32,000 nucleotides of DNA from Gemmata obscuriglobus (GTDB lineage Bacteria; Planctomycetota; Planctomycetia; Gemmatales; Gemmataceae): NCBI RefSeq assembly GCF_008065095.1, contig NZ_CP042911.1, positions 5,940,001-5,972,000 of the forward strand, written 5' to 3'. The notes under the pieces were generated by a model. The model was given only the letters and a program-made list of their open reading frames with translations. It had not been told where the DNA came from and ran no database searches. A program made the translations under genes and the position numbers. Shown here piece by piece: positions 7,501 to 17,400 of the stretch; the stretch's first letter is position 1; each line of letters starts with the position of its first letter.

Positions 7501-8139
7501 GTGTCCCGCTCCGCCCTGACCCTCGTCACCCCGCCGGCCTCCGAGCCGGTGTCGCTGGCCGAGGCGAAGGCGTGGGCGCGGGTCGACGGGTGCGAGGACG
7601 ATTCGGTCCTCACCGGGCTGCTCATCGCCGCCCGCACCGCCGCCGAGGAGTACCTGCGCCGCTCGCTCGTCACCCAGACGTGGAGACTCACCCTCGACGC
7701 GTGCGGCACCCGCGGCGAATGGTTCGAGGGCACCTACGAGCTGCCGGTCACCTACTTCGACGGCGCGCTGCCCCGGGACGTCGAGCTCCCGCGCGGACCG
7801 GTCACCGCCGTGACCTCCGTCACCACCTACGACACCTCCAACATTTCCGCCGTGTTCGCCCCGGCCAACTACCGCCTGGACCCGAGCGGCGCGCGGCTGC
7901 TCCTCAACCCGAACGCGTACTGGCCCGACAACGTCCGCCCGGCGGCCGGGTGCGAGATCGTCTACACCGCCGGGTTCGGCAGCTCGTCCGCCGTCCCGCA
8001 GCCCATCAAAACGGGCATCCTGATCCACGCCGCCAGCCTGTACGAGCAGCGCGGCCAGTGCGCCGACGCCATGGACCTGCCGCCCGGGTCGAAGCAGCTC
8101 TACGGCACCTACCGCGTCGTCGGGGGCACCCGTGGCTGA
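7501..8139 (+). CDS. head-tail adaptor (gp6-like / phiE125 gp8-type connector)
   Basis: GTG start. EPVSLAEAKAWARVD..DDSVLTGLLIAARTAAEEYLRRSL is the typical gp6-like N-terminus. The size and position match RcGTA g6-type genes. Confidence 0.7.
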   Translation: MSRSALTLVTPPASEPVSLAEAKAWARVDGCEDDSVLTGLLIAARTAAEEYLRRSLVTQTWRLTLDACGTRGEWFEGTYELPVTYFDGALPRDVELPRGPVTAVTSVTTYDTSNISAVFAPANYRLDPSGARLLLNPNAYWPDNVRPAAGCEIVYTAGFGSSSAVPQPIKTGILIHAASLYEQRGQCADAMDLPPGSKQLYGTYRVVGGTRG

Positions 8140-8464
8140 GTGCTGCGCCGCCACCGCCGTCACGCTCAAGAAGCGGGTCACCGTCCAGAACGTCACCCGC
8201 ACCGCCGACGGCCAGGGCGGGTTCACCGAGACCTGGGACGACGCCGCCACCGTGTGGTGCTCCGTCGAGCCCGTCAAGGCGTGGGAGCGGTACCAGGCCG
8301 CCCAACTGCAGGCCCCGGTCACCCACAAGATCGTCATGCGCTACACCCGCGCCGTCACCCCGACCAGCCGCCTCGTGTACCAGGACCGCATTTTCCACGT
8401 CAAAGAGGCCATCAACCGCAACGAGGAGGGCCGCTTCCTCGACCTCCGGGCCGTCGAAGTATGA
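8132..8464 (+). CDS. head closure / head-tail joining protein (SPP1 gp16-like)
   Basis: GTG start overlapping the previous stop. The pattern ..DGQGGFTETW..WCSVEP..E......Q...VTHKIVMRY...V....RLVYQDRIF.V matches Phage_H_T_join-type proteins. Confidence 0.7.
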   Translation: MAECCAATAVTLKKRVTVQNVTRTADGQGGFTETWDDAATVWCSVEPVKAWERYQAAQLQAPVTHKIVMRYTRAVTPTSRLVYQDRIFHVKEAINRNEEGRFLDLRAVEV

Positions 8465-8811
8465 CCGCCGGGATATTCCACTTCACCATCGAGCAGGGCA
8501 CCGACTTCGTCCTGCCCATCGCCTACACCGACGCCGACGGAGCCCCGATCGACCTGACCGGCTGCGCCGCCGCACTCATGATCCGCCGCGCCCAGGACGA
8601 CGCGGCCCCGCTGGTGAGCCTTTCCTCCCCCGGCAACGGTATCGTCATCAACGGGCCCGCCGGCACGCTGCTCGTCACCATCGACTCGTCCGTCACCGCC
8701 ACCCTCGCGTCCGGGACCGCCGTGTACGACCTCAAGCTCACCGACGGCCTCGGCAACCCCACGCGGTTGATCGAGGGCAACGTCACCATCAGCCCCGCGG
8801 TAACCCGATGA
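8461..8811 (+). CDS. hypothetical structural protein, Ig-like beta-sandwich pattern
   Basis: ATGA-coupled start inside ORF 8140-8811. The pattern F.FTIEQGTDF..P...TDADG.PIDLTG......I......YDLKLTD..G..T.L.EG.V.I is typical of small phage Ig-like domains. Confidence 0.6.
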   Translation: MTAGIFHFTIEQGTDFVLPIAYTDADGAPIDLTGCAAALMIRRAQDDAAPLVSLSSPGNGIVINGPAGTLLVTIDSSVTATLASGTAVYDLKLTDGLGNPTRLIEGNVTISPAVTR

Positions 8812-9200
8812 CCGAAGTCGTTCCCTCACCCACCATCCGCGTCGTCACCGCCTCCAAGCAGGGCCCCGCCGGACCGCCCGGCGCCGTCGGACCCAGCCCC
8901 GCGGGCAAGAGCGGCGTCTTCATCAAGACCCCCGAAGCGGAAACGATCCCCGTCTGCGCCTCCTCGGCCGACGCGTTCACGATCCGCGGCATCCGCGGGC
9001 TGCGCGTGGAGAGCGGGAGCCTCACCCTGTCGGTCCGCATCAACAACGTCCCCGTCACCGGCCTGTCCGACCTGCTCGTGACGACGACGCCCCAGGACCC
9101 CGTCGCCACCGCCGCCAACGCGGTCGTCGAGGGCGACCGCGTGACCCTCGTCATCGCCGCCGTGAGCGAGGCCAGCCGGCTCGAGTTCACCGTCTATTAA
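8808..9200 (+). CDS. hypothetical structural protein with a short collagen-like G-X-Y run
   Basis: ATGA-coupled start at 8808 inside ORF 7572-9200. GPAGPPGAVGPS followed by a beta-rich C-terminal domain. Confidence 0.6.
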   Translation: MTEVVPSPTIRVVTASKQGPAGPPGAVGPSPAGKSGVFIKTPEAETIPVCASSADAFTIRGIRGLRVESGSLTLSVRINNVPVTGLSDLLVTTTPQDPVATAANAVVEGDRVTLVIAAVSEASRLEFTVY

Positions 9201-9221
9201 CCCACCCAGGAGTCCCCGCCC

Positions 9222-9650
9222 ATGTCCAAATCCGACGCCTTTGAAACGGCCCTGCTGCGCCTCATCTTCAACGCCACCGCCATCGCCAACCTGGCCGACA
9301 ACGCCGCCTCGGCCCCGCTGACCAGCCTGTACGTCTCGCTGCACACCGCCGACCCCGGCGAGGCGGGCAACCAGTCCACCAGCGAGATCGCGTACACGAG
9401 CTACACCCGCGTGGCCGTCGCCCGCAGCGGCAGCGGCTTCACCGTCACCGGCAACTCCGTGTCGCCGAACAGTACCATCGCCTTCCCGGCGGGCACGGGC
9501 GGCTCCGGCACGGCCAGCTACTTCGGCATCGGCACCGCGTCCAGCGGGTCGGGCGTGCTGCTGTACTCCGGCGCGATCACCAGCCCCATCGTGTGCGGCT
9601 CGGGCATCACGCCCCAGCTCACGACCGCGACCGCCGTCACCGAGGACTAG
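9222..9650 (+). CDS. hypothetical phage structural protein
   Basis: AGGAG upstream, high GC3. The pattern ..LYVSLHTADPGEAG..SEI.YTSYTRV.. recalls a conserved phage virion-protein family that I cannot name with certainty. Confidence 0.6.
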   Translation: MSKSDAFETALLRLIFNATAIANLADNAASAPLTSLYVSLHTADPGEAGNQSTSEIAYTSYTRVAVARSGSGFTVTGNSVSPNSTIAFPAGTGGSGTASYFGIGTASSGSGVLLYSGAITSPIVCGSGITPQLTTATAVTED

Positions 9651-9686
9651 TTGTTACCCGTCGGTCGGTTGCAGCGGTAGCCCGGT

Positions 9687-11948
9687 GTGCCCAGACAGTA
9701 CCGCGTCCCCGGTCAGGGGTTCCTCAACGAGACGCTCACGGGCCAGTACCGCGTCCCCGGCGGGGCGTTCGTCAACGAGACCGACGCCACCGGCTCCGTA
9801 GGCACCGCGTCCGGCACCTCGACGGCTGCGGCGGTCGGGGTCACCGCGTCCGTCGGCACCGGCGCCGCGGGGGGCACCTCCACCGCCACGGGTGCCGCCC
9901 CCAGCACCGCGTCCGCGGGCACCGCATCCGGCACCAGCACCGTTTCGGGCACGGGGGCATCAACAGCGACCTCGGCCGGCGCCGCCGCGGGCGCCTCCTC
10001 GGCCGACGCCACGTCCCTCGCCGCCGCCGCCCACTCCGACGTCAACTCGTACCGCGTCCCCGGACACGGAACGCTCAACGAGACCACCCACCGCCAGTAC
10101 CGCATCCCGGGCGGCCCCTTCATAAACGAGACCCAGGTCACCGGGTACAGCGGCACCGCGGCGGGCACCAGCACCGCCACGGGCGTCGGGGGCGCGCTCC
10201 GGAGTAGCACCGCACTCGCGACCGGCACCTCTTCGGCGGCGGCCGTCGCGACAACCTTGGCCAGCGGCACCGGCACCGCCGCGGGCACCTCCGCCGCGTC
10301 CGGCGAGGGCACGTCGATCATCTCCCGGCCCGTCGTGTGCGTCACCCCGGGCGACTACTTCAGCTACATCTGCCTCGACCGCCGGGCCGACAAGGCCGTG
10401 GGCAGCGGAACCGCCGCCGGCACCAGCACCGTGACCGGGGTCGGGAGCGCGGGCGTCGCCGGCACGGGCACCGCCGCCGGCACGTCGACCGCCACCGGCG
10501 AGACCAGCGGCTCCATCGTCAGCGGCACCGGCACCGCCGCGGGCACCAGCACGGCCACCGGGTACGGCACCTCCGAAGCGCCCTACGTCTTGCAGATCGT
10601 CGGCACGCCCAAGGTCATCTACTCCGACATCCGCCCCGCCGGGTACTCGGGCAACACGTTCCGCATCACCCGCGAGTCCGACGGCCTGCCGTTCGAGGTC
10701 GGGTTCAAGGCCAACGGGTTGGCCGACTACGAGGCCGCCGACGCGTTCGCGCCCCTCGGGTGGCGGCGCCACACCCAGTACGACCTGTCGGGCAACGGGT
10801 TCCACCAGACGGTCCCCGCGGGCGTGCAGGCCCCCAAGGACTTCGGCAACACGATCTGCGGGCTCCGCTCGCTCACCTTCAACGGCCCCGGCACCACCCA
10901 GGCCCTGGCCAACCTGTCCGTCCCCTGGACCGACGTCCGCAACACCACCTTCATGGCGGTCATCAAGACCGCCAACCAGGGCATCTTCGAGGTCGGCAAC
11001 CCGACCCGCAAGATGTCCCTCGCCGGGGTCCAGGACGCGGGCATCAACTGGAGCGGCATCCAGGCCCAGTACGCGGTCACCAGCCCGCAGGTGCTCGTCG
11101 CCGCCGGCAACGGGGCCGCGAACCGGGTGCTGCGGCAGAACCACCGGGTCGTTTCCGCCCCCGCGCTCGCCAGCAGCGCCGCCACCGGGCTGACCCTCAG
11201 CAACGCCATCGGCTACGCCTCCCCGGGCAACGTCGACCTCCTGTGCCTCGTCGGCTACGACTCCGTCTTCTCCGCCCCGGACCAGATCGCGCTGCAGGAC
11301 ACCGGCTTCGCCGCGGTCCGGGAGGCCATCCCCCGCGCGGCGCATGACGTGATCGCGGCACACGGCGACAGCATCCTGGCGGGCAACTCGCGCACCGCCA
11401 ACCTGAGCTACGAGACCCTCTGGTTCAGCCGCCTCATGAGCGCCACCACCCGGCCCTTCACCTGGTACAACTGCGGCCACGGCGGGTACACCGTCACCCA
11501 GCTCCTGGCCGTCGCACCCGCCGTCGCCGCCGCGTGCTACGACCCGCTCGGCGAGAACACCGCCATCCTCGCGGGCGGGTCCAACGACCTTGCCGCGGGC
11601 GCGACCGCCGACGCCACCTACGCCAAGATCGTCCAGTGGGCCAACATCTGGTACGCGCAGGGGTTCGTCCGCGTCCACGTGATCGACGAGATCCCGCGCA
11701 AAGCCATCTTCTCGGGCGGGGCTGACGCCGCCAGCTTCGAGACCCAGCGCCAGCTCCTGATGGCCAAGATCGCCGCCGGCGTCGGGGTCGACTTCGCCGG
11801 GGCGTCGAGCCCGGGCACGCACCCGGTCCTCGGCGACCCGGCGAACTGCAACGGCACCAACTTCCTCGACCTCGTCCACCCGAACGCGGTCGGCAACGGC
11901 CACTACTTCGACGCGGTGGAAGCCTCGACCGCGTACTTCCGCACCTAA
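9687..11948 (+). CDS. fibre-like protein with N-terminal repeats and C-terminal SGNH/GDSL hydrolase domain
   Basis: GTG is the only available start. Four QYRVPGxGxxNET motifs and about 10 GTGTAAGTSTATG-type repeats. SGNH blocks are present: HGDSILAG (GDS codons at 11364-11372), GGSNDL, DLVHPN. Confidence 0.75.
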   Translation: MPRQYRVPGQGFLNETLTGQYRVPGGAFVNETDATGSVGTASGTSTAAAVGVTASVGTGAAGGTSTATGAAPSTASAGTASGTSTVSGTGASTATSAGAAAGASSADATSLAAAAHSDVNSYRVPGHGTLNETTHRQYRIPGGPFINETQVTGYSGTAAGTSTATGVGGALRSSTALATGTSSAAAVATTLASGTGTAAGTSAASGEGTSIISRPVVCVTPGDYFSYICLDRRADKAVGSGTAAGTSTVTGVGSAGVAGTGTAAGTSTATGETSGSIVSGTGTAAGTSTATGYGTSEAPYVLQIVGTPKVIYSDIRPAGYSGNTFRITRESDGLPFEVGFKANGLADYEAADAFAPLGWRRHTQYDLSGNGFHQTVPAGVQAPKDFGNTICGLRSLTFNGPGTTQALANLSVPWTDVRNTTFMAVIKTANQGIFEVGNPTRKMSLAGVQDAGINWSGIQAQYAVTSPQVLVAAGNGAANRVLRQNHRVVSAPALASSAATGLTLSNAIGYASPGNVDLLCLVGYDSVFSAPDQIALQDTGFAAVREAIPRAAHDVIAAHGDSILAGNSRTANLSYETLWFSRLMSATTRPFTWYNCGHGGYTVTQLLAVAPAVAAACYDPLGENTAILAGGSNDLAAGATADATYAKIVQWANIWYAQGFVRVHVIDEIPRKAIFSGGADAASFETQRQLLMAKIAAGVGVDFAGASSPGTHPVLGDPANCNGTNFLDLVHPNAVGNGHYFDAVEASTAYFRT
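9696..10586 (+). repeat. in-frame coding repeats (4x QYR[VI]PGxGxxNET; multiple G-T-G-T-A-A-G-T-S-T-A-T-G units)
   Basis: Motif pairs lie at about 9696-9782 and 10047-10133. GCACCGGCACCGCCGC-type nucleotide repeats recur up to about 10586. Confidence 0.7.
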
Positions 11949-11972
11949 CCCACCAACGAAGGACACTCACCT

Positions 11973-13688
11973 ATGGCGTTTCTGACCGGACAGACGTGGT
12001 ACGTCGACTCGACCAAGTGGTCGGCCGTGACGGCGTGGGCGGCGGCCACGGTCTACACCGCGGGCCAGCTCGTGCGCCAGCTCGCCACCCCGGCGGTCAA
12101 CAGCGAGCGCGTGTTCGTGTGTGTCGTTGGCGGCACATCGGGCGGGTCCGAGCCGAGCTGGGTTACCACCCACGGGGCCAAGACCACCGACAACACCGTC
12201 ACGTGGCAGGACGTCACCGGGAAGGCGGCCGTGAACGGCAAGGCCGCCCTGACGAGCGACTGGACCGCGGCCAAGAGCACCGCCGTGAGCCTCGGGGTGG
12301 TCATCAAGAACGTGGCCGGCACGCACTACTTCATTTGCACCACCGCGGGCAACGCCGGGACCGGGTCCGAGCCCGCGTGGAACACCGCCGCGGGCGCCAC
12401 CACCGCGGACAACGCCGCCACCTGGACGAGCCTCGGCGCGGTCGGCACCTTCTCCGCCTGGGGCGCGCCCGCCGCCCGGCTCGGCGTCTACATGGCGACG
12501 GGCTTCTTTCACGCCGTCGGGGACGTGATCCGGTTCAACAGCGCCCACGCGGAAACCCAGGCCTCCGCACTCGCCTACGCCGCCACCAGTTCCGGGAACG
12601 GCACCAAGAAGACGGCGTTCCTGTGCGTCGACGACGCGGACGCCCTGGCCACCGGGGGGTCCGTCACCACCACCGGCGCGAGCGCCGTGTCCCTGGGCAT
12701 GTACTACTACGTCTACGGCCTGACCGTGAACGCCGGCACCGGGGCCAACGCCGCGGCCATCGCCCTCGGCGCCAGCTCGGGCAACGTGTTCGAGCGGTGC
12801 ACGTTCAACCGGGTCGCCACGACCGCCGCCAACGTCACCGTGGGCGGGGGCACGAGCGGGGACAACGAGTTCCGCGACTGCGCGTTCACGTTCGGCAACG
12901 CGGGCGACCAGTTGAGCCTGAACGTCGGCCGCGGGCGGTTCTCGGGCGGGTCGATCGCCGCCACCGGGACGGTCCCCACGACCCTGCTCGTCAACGGCGG
13001 CTCCGGCACGTACCGGTTCCGGGGCGTCGACCTGTCGGGCGTCACCGGCACCCTGGCCGCCCTCGGCACGACGCCGACGGACGTGTACCTGGAGAGCTGC
13101 CGCCTCGGGTCCGGGGTCACCAAGCAGCCGAGCGGGAGCAACTCCCCGATCAACCTGCGCCTGTACCTGCACAACTGCGACAGCAGCGCCACCAACACCA
13201 GCGAGTACGAGAACGCCGCCGCCGGGATCGTACAGACCGAGACCTCCGTCGTCCGCACCGGCGGCGCGAGCAACGGCACCACGCCGATGAGCTGGCTCGT
13301 CACCTCCGGGGCCAACACCAGCTACTACCAGCCGCTCGTCACCTCGGAACTCGTTCAGTGGCAGGACACCACCGGCAACAGCAAGACCGCGACCGTGGAG
13401 CTCACCACCGACACCGCGCTGACGAACGCCGACTGCTGGCTGGAGATCGAGTACGCGGGGAACTCGGGGCACCCGCTCGCGTCCGTCGTCACCACCCGGG
13501 CCGCGCCCCTCGCCACACCGGCCGCGCTCACCACGAGTTCGGCGATGTGGGGCGGCACCGCCAAGACTTACAAGTACAAGCTGTCCGCCGCCTTCACCCC
13601 GCAGATGAAGGGGCCGGTCAAGGCCCGCGTCTCCGTCGCCCGGGCGAGCACCACGCTCTACGTCGACCCGCTCATCGTCATCACCTAA
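11973..13688 (+). CDS. tailspike/fibre-like protein (duplicated N-terminal module plus probable parallel beta-helix)
   Basis: GAAGGA upstream. Two copies of a module about 65 aa long end in G.SG.SEP.W....G..T.DN..TW. The remainder is rich in G/N/T/S with short repeated strands (NVFERCTFN, NEFRDCAFTFGN) typical of beta-helix proteins. Confidence 0.7.
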   Translation: MAFLTGQTWYVDSTKWSAVTAWAAATVYTAGQLVRQLATPAVNSERVFVCVVGGTSGGSEPSWVTTHGAKTTDNTVTWQDVTGKAAVNGKAALTSDWTAAKSTAVSLGVVIKNVAGTHYFICTTAGNAGTGSEPAWNTAAGATTADNAATWTSLGAVGTFSAWGAPAARLGVYMATGFFHAVGDVIRFNSAHAETQASALAYAATSSGNGTKKTAFLCVDDADALATGGSVTTTGASAVSLGMYYYVYGLTVNAGTGANAAAIALGASSGNVFERCTFNRVATTAANVTVGGGTSGDNEFRDCAFTFGNAGDQLSLNVGRGRFSGGSIAATGTVPTTLLVNGGSGTYRFRGVDLSGVTGTLAALGTTPTDVYLESCRLGSGVTKQPSGSNSPINLRLYLHNCDSSATNTSEYENAAAGIVQTETSVVRTGGASNGTTPMSWLVTSGANTSYYQPLVTSELVQWQDTTGNSKTATVELTTDTALTNADCWLEIEYAGNSGHPLASVVTTRAAPLATPAALTTSSAMWGGTAKTYKYKLSAAFTPQMKGPVKARVSVARASTTLYVDPLIVIT

Positions 13689-13701
13689 CCAAGGACCGCT
13701 T

Positions 13702-14418
13702 ATGGCCATCAGTACCGGAACGCTCTCGGTCCCCGACTTCATCGGCGCCGAGCAGAAGCTCAAGACGCTCAACGACAGCGCCGACGGGTCCAGGAACCCG
13801 GCCCACCCGCAGCTCAACGCCGCCGGGGCCATCATCAACCCGGCCACGGCGGAGAACCAGGACGCGGCCAACGCCGCGCTGGGCACCATCGCAACCGCGA
13901 CGTCTGCGGGTGCCACCGCCGCGAAACAGGACACCGGCAACGACGCCCTCGCGGCCATTGCCACCAACACCCTCCTGGGCAGCCTCACCTTCACCGCCTT
14001 CCCGACCGTCACCGCCGGGGCGTACTCCGCCGGCATGGTGGTGGGGGGCAAGATCACCGTCCCCAACGCGGCCCGCTCCGCCGGGGGCAGCGGGCTGGTC
14101 CAGCAGGCCCTCGTGGGCAAGAAGACCGCCCTCACCGCGCCGTTCGACCTGCTCGTGTTCCACACCGACCCCGTCACCGCGTTCACCGACCACGCGCCGC
14201 TCCCCGACTGGTCCGCCGATCTGGGCAAGCTGGTGGGTACGATCCGCTGCACCGACCTGGTCGACGGCGGCACCCCGCAGGTGCAGCAGGCCCTGCAGCA
14301 GGCGCTCCAGTTCCGGTGCGCCGGGACCACACTCTACGTCGTGGCCGTGGTCCGCGGCGCCGAGACCTACGCCTCGACCGACGCGGTCACCGTCTCCCTC
14401 GGCATCCTCCGGGACTGA
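13702..14418 (+). CDS. hypothetical structural protein
   Basis: AAGGA upstream, high GC3. Repeated A..QD..N.AL..IAT motif near the N-terminus. Confidence 0.6.
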   Translation: MAISTGTLSVPDFIGAEQKLKTLNDSADGSRNPAHPQLNAAGAIINPATAENQDAANAALGTIATATSAGATAAKQDTGNDALAAIATNTLLGSLTFTAFPTVTAGAYSAGMVVGGKITVPNAARSAGGSGLVQQALVGKKTALTAPFDLLVFHTDPVTAFTDHAPLPDWSADLGKLVGTIRCTDLVDGGTPQVQQALQQALQFRCAGTTLYVVAVVRGAETYASTDAVTVSLGILRD

Positions 14419-14419
14419 G

Positions 14420-17400
14420 ATGCGCCGCCGCAGCGTCATCCTCAACCGAACCGCCGCCGCGGTCGCCCCCGACGCGCCGGGCGCGTTCCGCGTCCCGATG
14501 ATCACCGCCTGGTACACGGGCAAAACCGTTCCCGCCCCGCAGTCCTACCACGACGCCGTGGCGGTCGACGCCGCCGACGCCAACACCCACCCGCACATGG
14601 GGCCGTTCACGCACAACACGGTGAAGAACGGCAACTGGTCCGACCCCACCCTCTGGGACACCGGCACCGTGCCCGGCGCGAACGCCGTCTGCAACGTCGC
14701 CCACGACGTGAGCTACGACCTCGAATCGGACGTCAAAATCAAGGACATCCATGTCGGCGGGGCCGCCCGGTTCCGGTTCGTCGCCCACAAGGACACCCGG
14801 CTCTGGGTCGACACGCTCATGAACCACGGGATCCAGTCGCTCCCCGACGGCGTCGGCTTCATTCCCGAGAGCGCCACGCCCGGCAAGCCCCGGTGCGAGG
14901 TCGTCTTTTGGCAGTCGGAAGCGCCCGGCGCCACCACCCGTCTGGGCATCAACACCATGGGACCGTGCCGCATCGCGGGCGCCGACAAGACGCCCCGCTT
15001 GTGGTGCCCGGTGACCATCGCGGCGGGCGCCACCTCGGCCACGGTCCCCGGGCTCTCCCGCGCGAAATGGCGGGTCGGCGACACCATCGTCATCGGCGCC
15101 ACCACCGATGCCGGGGTCAGCTCAACCGACTCACAGTACGCCGGCCCGACCCAGTTCTTCGGCCCGTTCAACGGCACCGACGCGGTCCGCACCCGCACCA
15201 GCGGGTACCAGCTGAGCCGCGACGAGCCCGTCACCATCACCGCCATCGTCGGCGACGTCCTGTACTGGGATGCGGCAACAGGATACGACCACCCGGTTTA
15301 CGCCGACACGCTCCCGCACGGTCAGACCGTCACCCACAAGGTGCCCGTCATCAACCTGTCCCGCTCGGTCCGGTTCCGCTCGGAAGACCCGTCCACGTTG
15401 CAGACCCGCGCGCACGCCATGTTCATGTTCAGCGACGACGTGGACGTGCGCAACGTCGAGTGCCTGAACATGGGTCGCACCGACACCGACCCGTCACTGG
15501 CGCGGCCCGACGGCACGCTCGCCTACGCTACCGACGGCGGGGCACTGGTCACCAACGTGAACAACGTCCGCGGGCGCTACCCGCTGCACGTCCACGGCAC
15601 CGGCCCGTACTTCGCCCGCAAGCAGACCGTCCTGAAGGGCTGTACCGTGTGGGCGCCCAAAGACGCGCCGCCGACCCCCGGCTGGGCCATCACCCACCAC
15701 AACAGCCGGGCCGCGGTCGAGGGGTGCAACGTCTACAACGTGCGCGGCGCCGGGATCGTGTCCGAACTGGGCAACGAGATCGGCCAGTGGATCGGCTGCA
15801 CCGTCATGTGGGCGCGCGGGGACGGGTTCCCCGCCTCCTGGGGCAGCCGCGCCGAGCTGTGGCAGAACCACAACGGCCACGCCGGGATCGGGTTCGAGTC
15901 CCAGGCCCGCCAGGTGCTCCAGCGGGACAACGTCGCCACGTCGTGCCACTCCGCGTGGTTCTTCATGCAGCAGGACACCAACCACCTGGCCCGCATCGCC
16001 GACCTGTACTCGCTGCGCTTGCACGACCCGTTGACCCAGGGGTACGGGCTGTTCGGCGGCATCTCCCCGCTGACCCGCGGCACCTACGGGGTGGAGCAGC
16101 CCCAGATCCCGGACTTCGACGACAACGTCGCCTACGGGTGCGGCAACCTGTTCACCGTCAGCCACCGCCAGTTCACCGACCGCACCGACAACACCCCGAT
16201 GATTTCCAAGCGGTGCCACGCGGTCAACTGCCGCCGGGCGATCAACCTGATCAACTACAGCTTCAACTACAGCTTCTACGACTTCGTGTACCGGGGCGCC
16301 GCGGGCGCCACCGCCGCCGCGGCCCTCGGCAACGTGGCCTGGGCGTTCAGCTTCGTCAACGGCGTGATCCGCGACTTCCCCACCGGGATCCTGAGCAACG
16401 GGATCGGGTTCAACCTCAACGGCGTGTACGTCGACATCTCGACCACCAACGTCACCACCCCCGCCTCGGACTTCGCCGCCGACTTCGACACCACCGCGTG
16501 GCAGGCCGCCAACCCGGGCAAGGACTTCGCCACCCAGAGCGCGTTCGCCGGGCTCGAAGGCCCGTGGGTCACCGACCCGGTGAGCGTGCCCGGCGTCCGG
16601 TGGAAGGGCGTGCTCCGCAAAGGGGAGATCCTCAACAGCGCCACCGACCTGCCGCGCCCGTACCCGGCCCTGCCGCGCGGGTTCGGCGGCACCGAGCCCG
16701 CGCCCGGCACCCCCAAACCGTACCTGTGGATCGACCCGGCCAGCGACCTGTCGCTCACCCCGACCACCACGGTCACCTTTTACGGCGCGGTCGTCGATTC
16801 CGTCGGCGTCCGCGCCTACCCCGAGGCGTTCAGCTCCGAGAGCTTCTCCCCGGCCACCGTCAACTACGGGCGACTCACCCGCACCAACACCGGCGGCGCC
16901 ACCGGCACCGAGCTGGTGCTCCGCAACGGCTGCTTCCAGGCGGACGGCGGGTGGAAGACGCGCCTCCACATCGTGGACCACGACCGGCTCACCGGCGAAT
17001 ACCTGATCGCCCCCGTGGACGTCACCCTCACCGGGTTCGACGGCCAGTTCCTGCTCGACAACGCGGGGACGCCCGTCGCGCCCGCGCTGCCGCTCGCCCC
17101 CGAGGAGATCGGCGCCACCGCACCGCCACTGGTCATCAGCACCACGCCGCCGACCGTCGTCACCGCCGACACCGCCTCGGTCGCGGAGAACGCGGTGCTT
17201 TCCGTCGCACTCAGGGCCGACGACGGGCAGGTCAAATGGGCCATCGCCGGGGGCGCCGACGCCGCCCGGTTCGAGATCACCAAGGTGAACGGGGTGTCGT
17301 CGCTCCGCTGGGCCGGCAACGCCACCCGGGACCACGAAGCGCCCGCCGATGCCGACGCCGACAACGTGTACGCGGTCACCGTCCGGGCCACCAACCCGCT

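Noticed and set aside
7572-8807. The upstream 412 aa of ORF 7572-9200
   Set aside because: This part is R/P/H-rich nonsense overlapping the adaptor, head-closure and Ig-like genes. Only the last 130 aa (from ATG 8808, coupled to the previous stop) look real.
9790-10590. GC-rich periodic nucleotide repeats as a possible CRISPR array or minisatellite
   Set aside because: The repeats are in frame within a long ORF, are imperfect, have no unique spacers of fixed length, and translate to a G/T/A/S repeat protein. They are coding repeats.
15885-15905. A tRNA T-arm-like GGTTCGAGTCC string
   Set aside because: It lies inside the large structural gene, and no acceptor or anticodon stems can be drawn around it. 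I found no tRNA, rRNA or obvious att-site tRNA fragment in the window.
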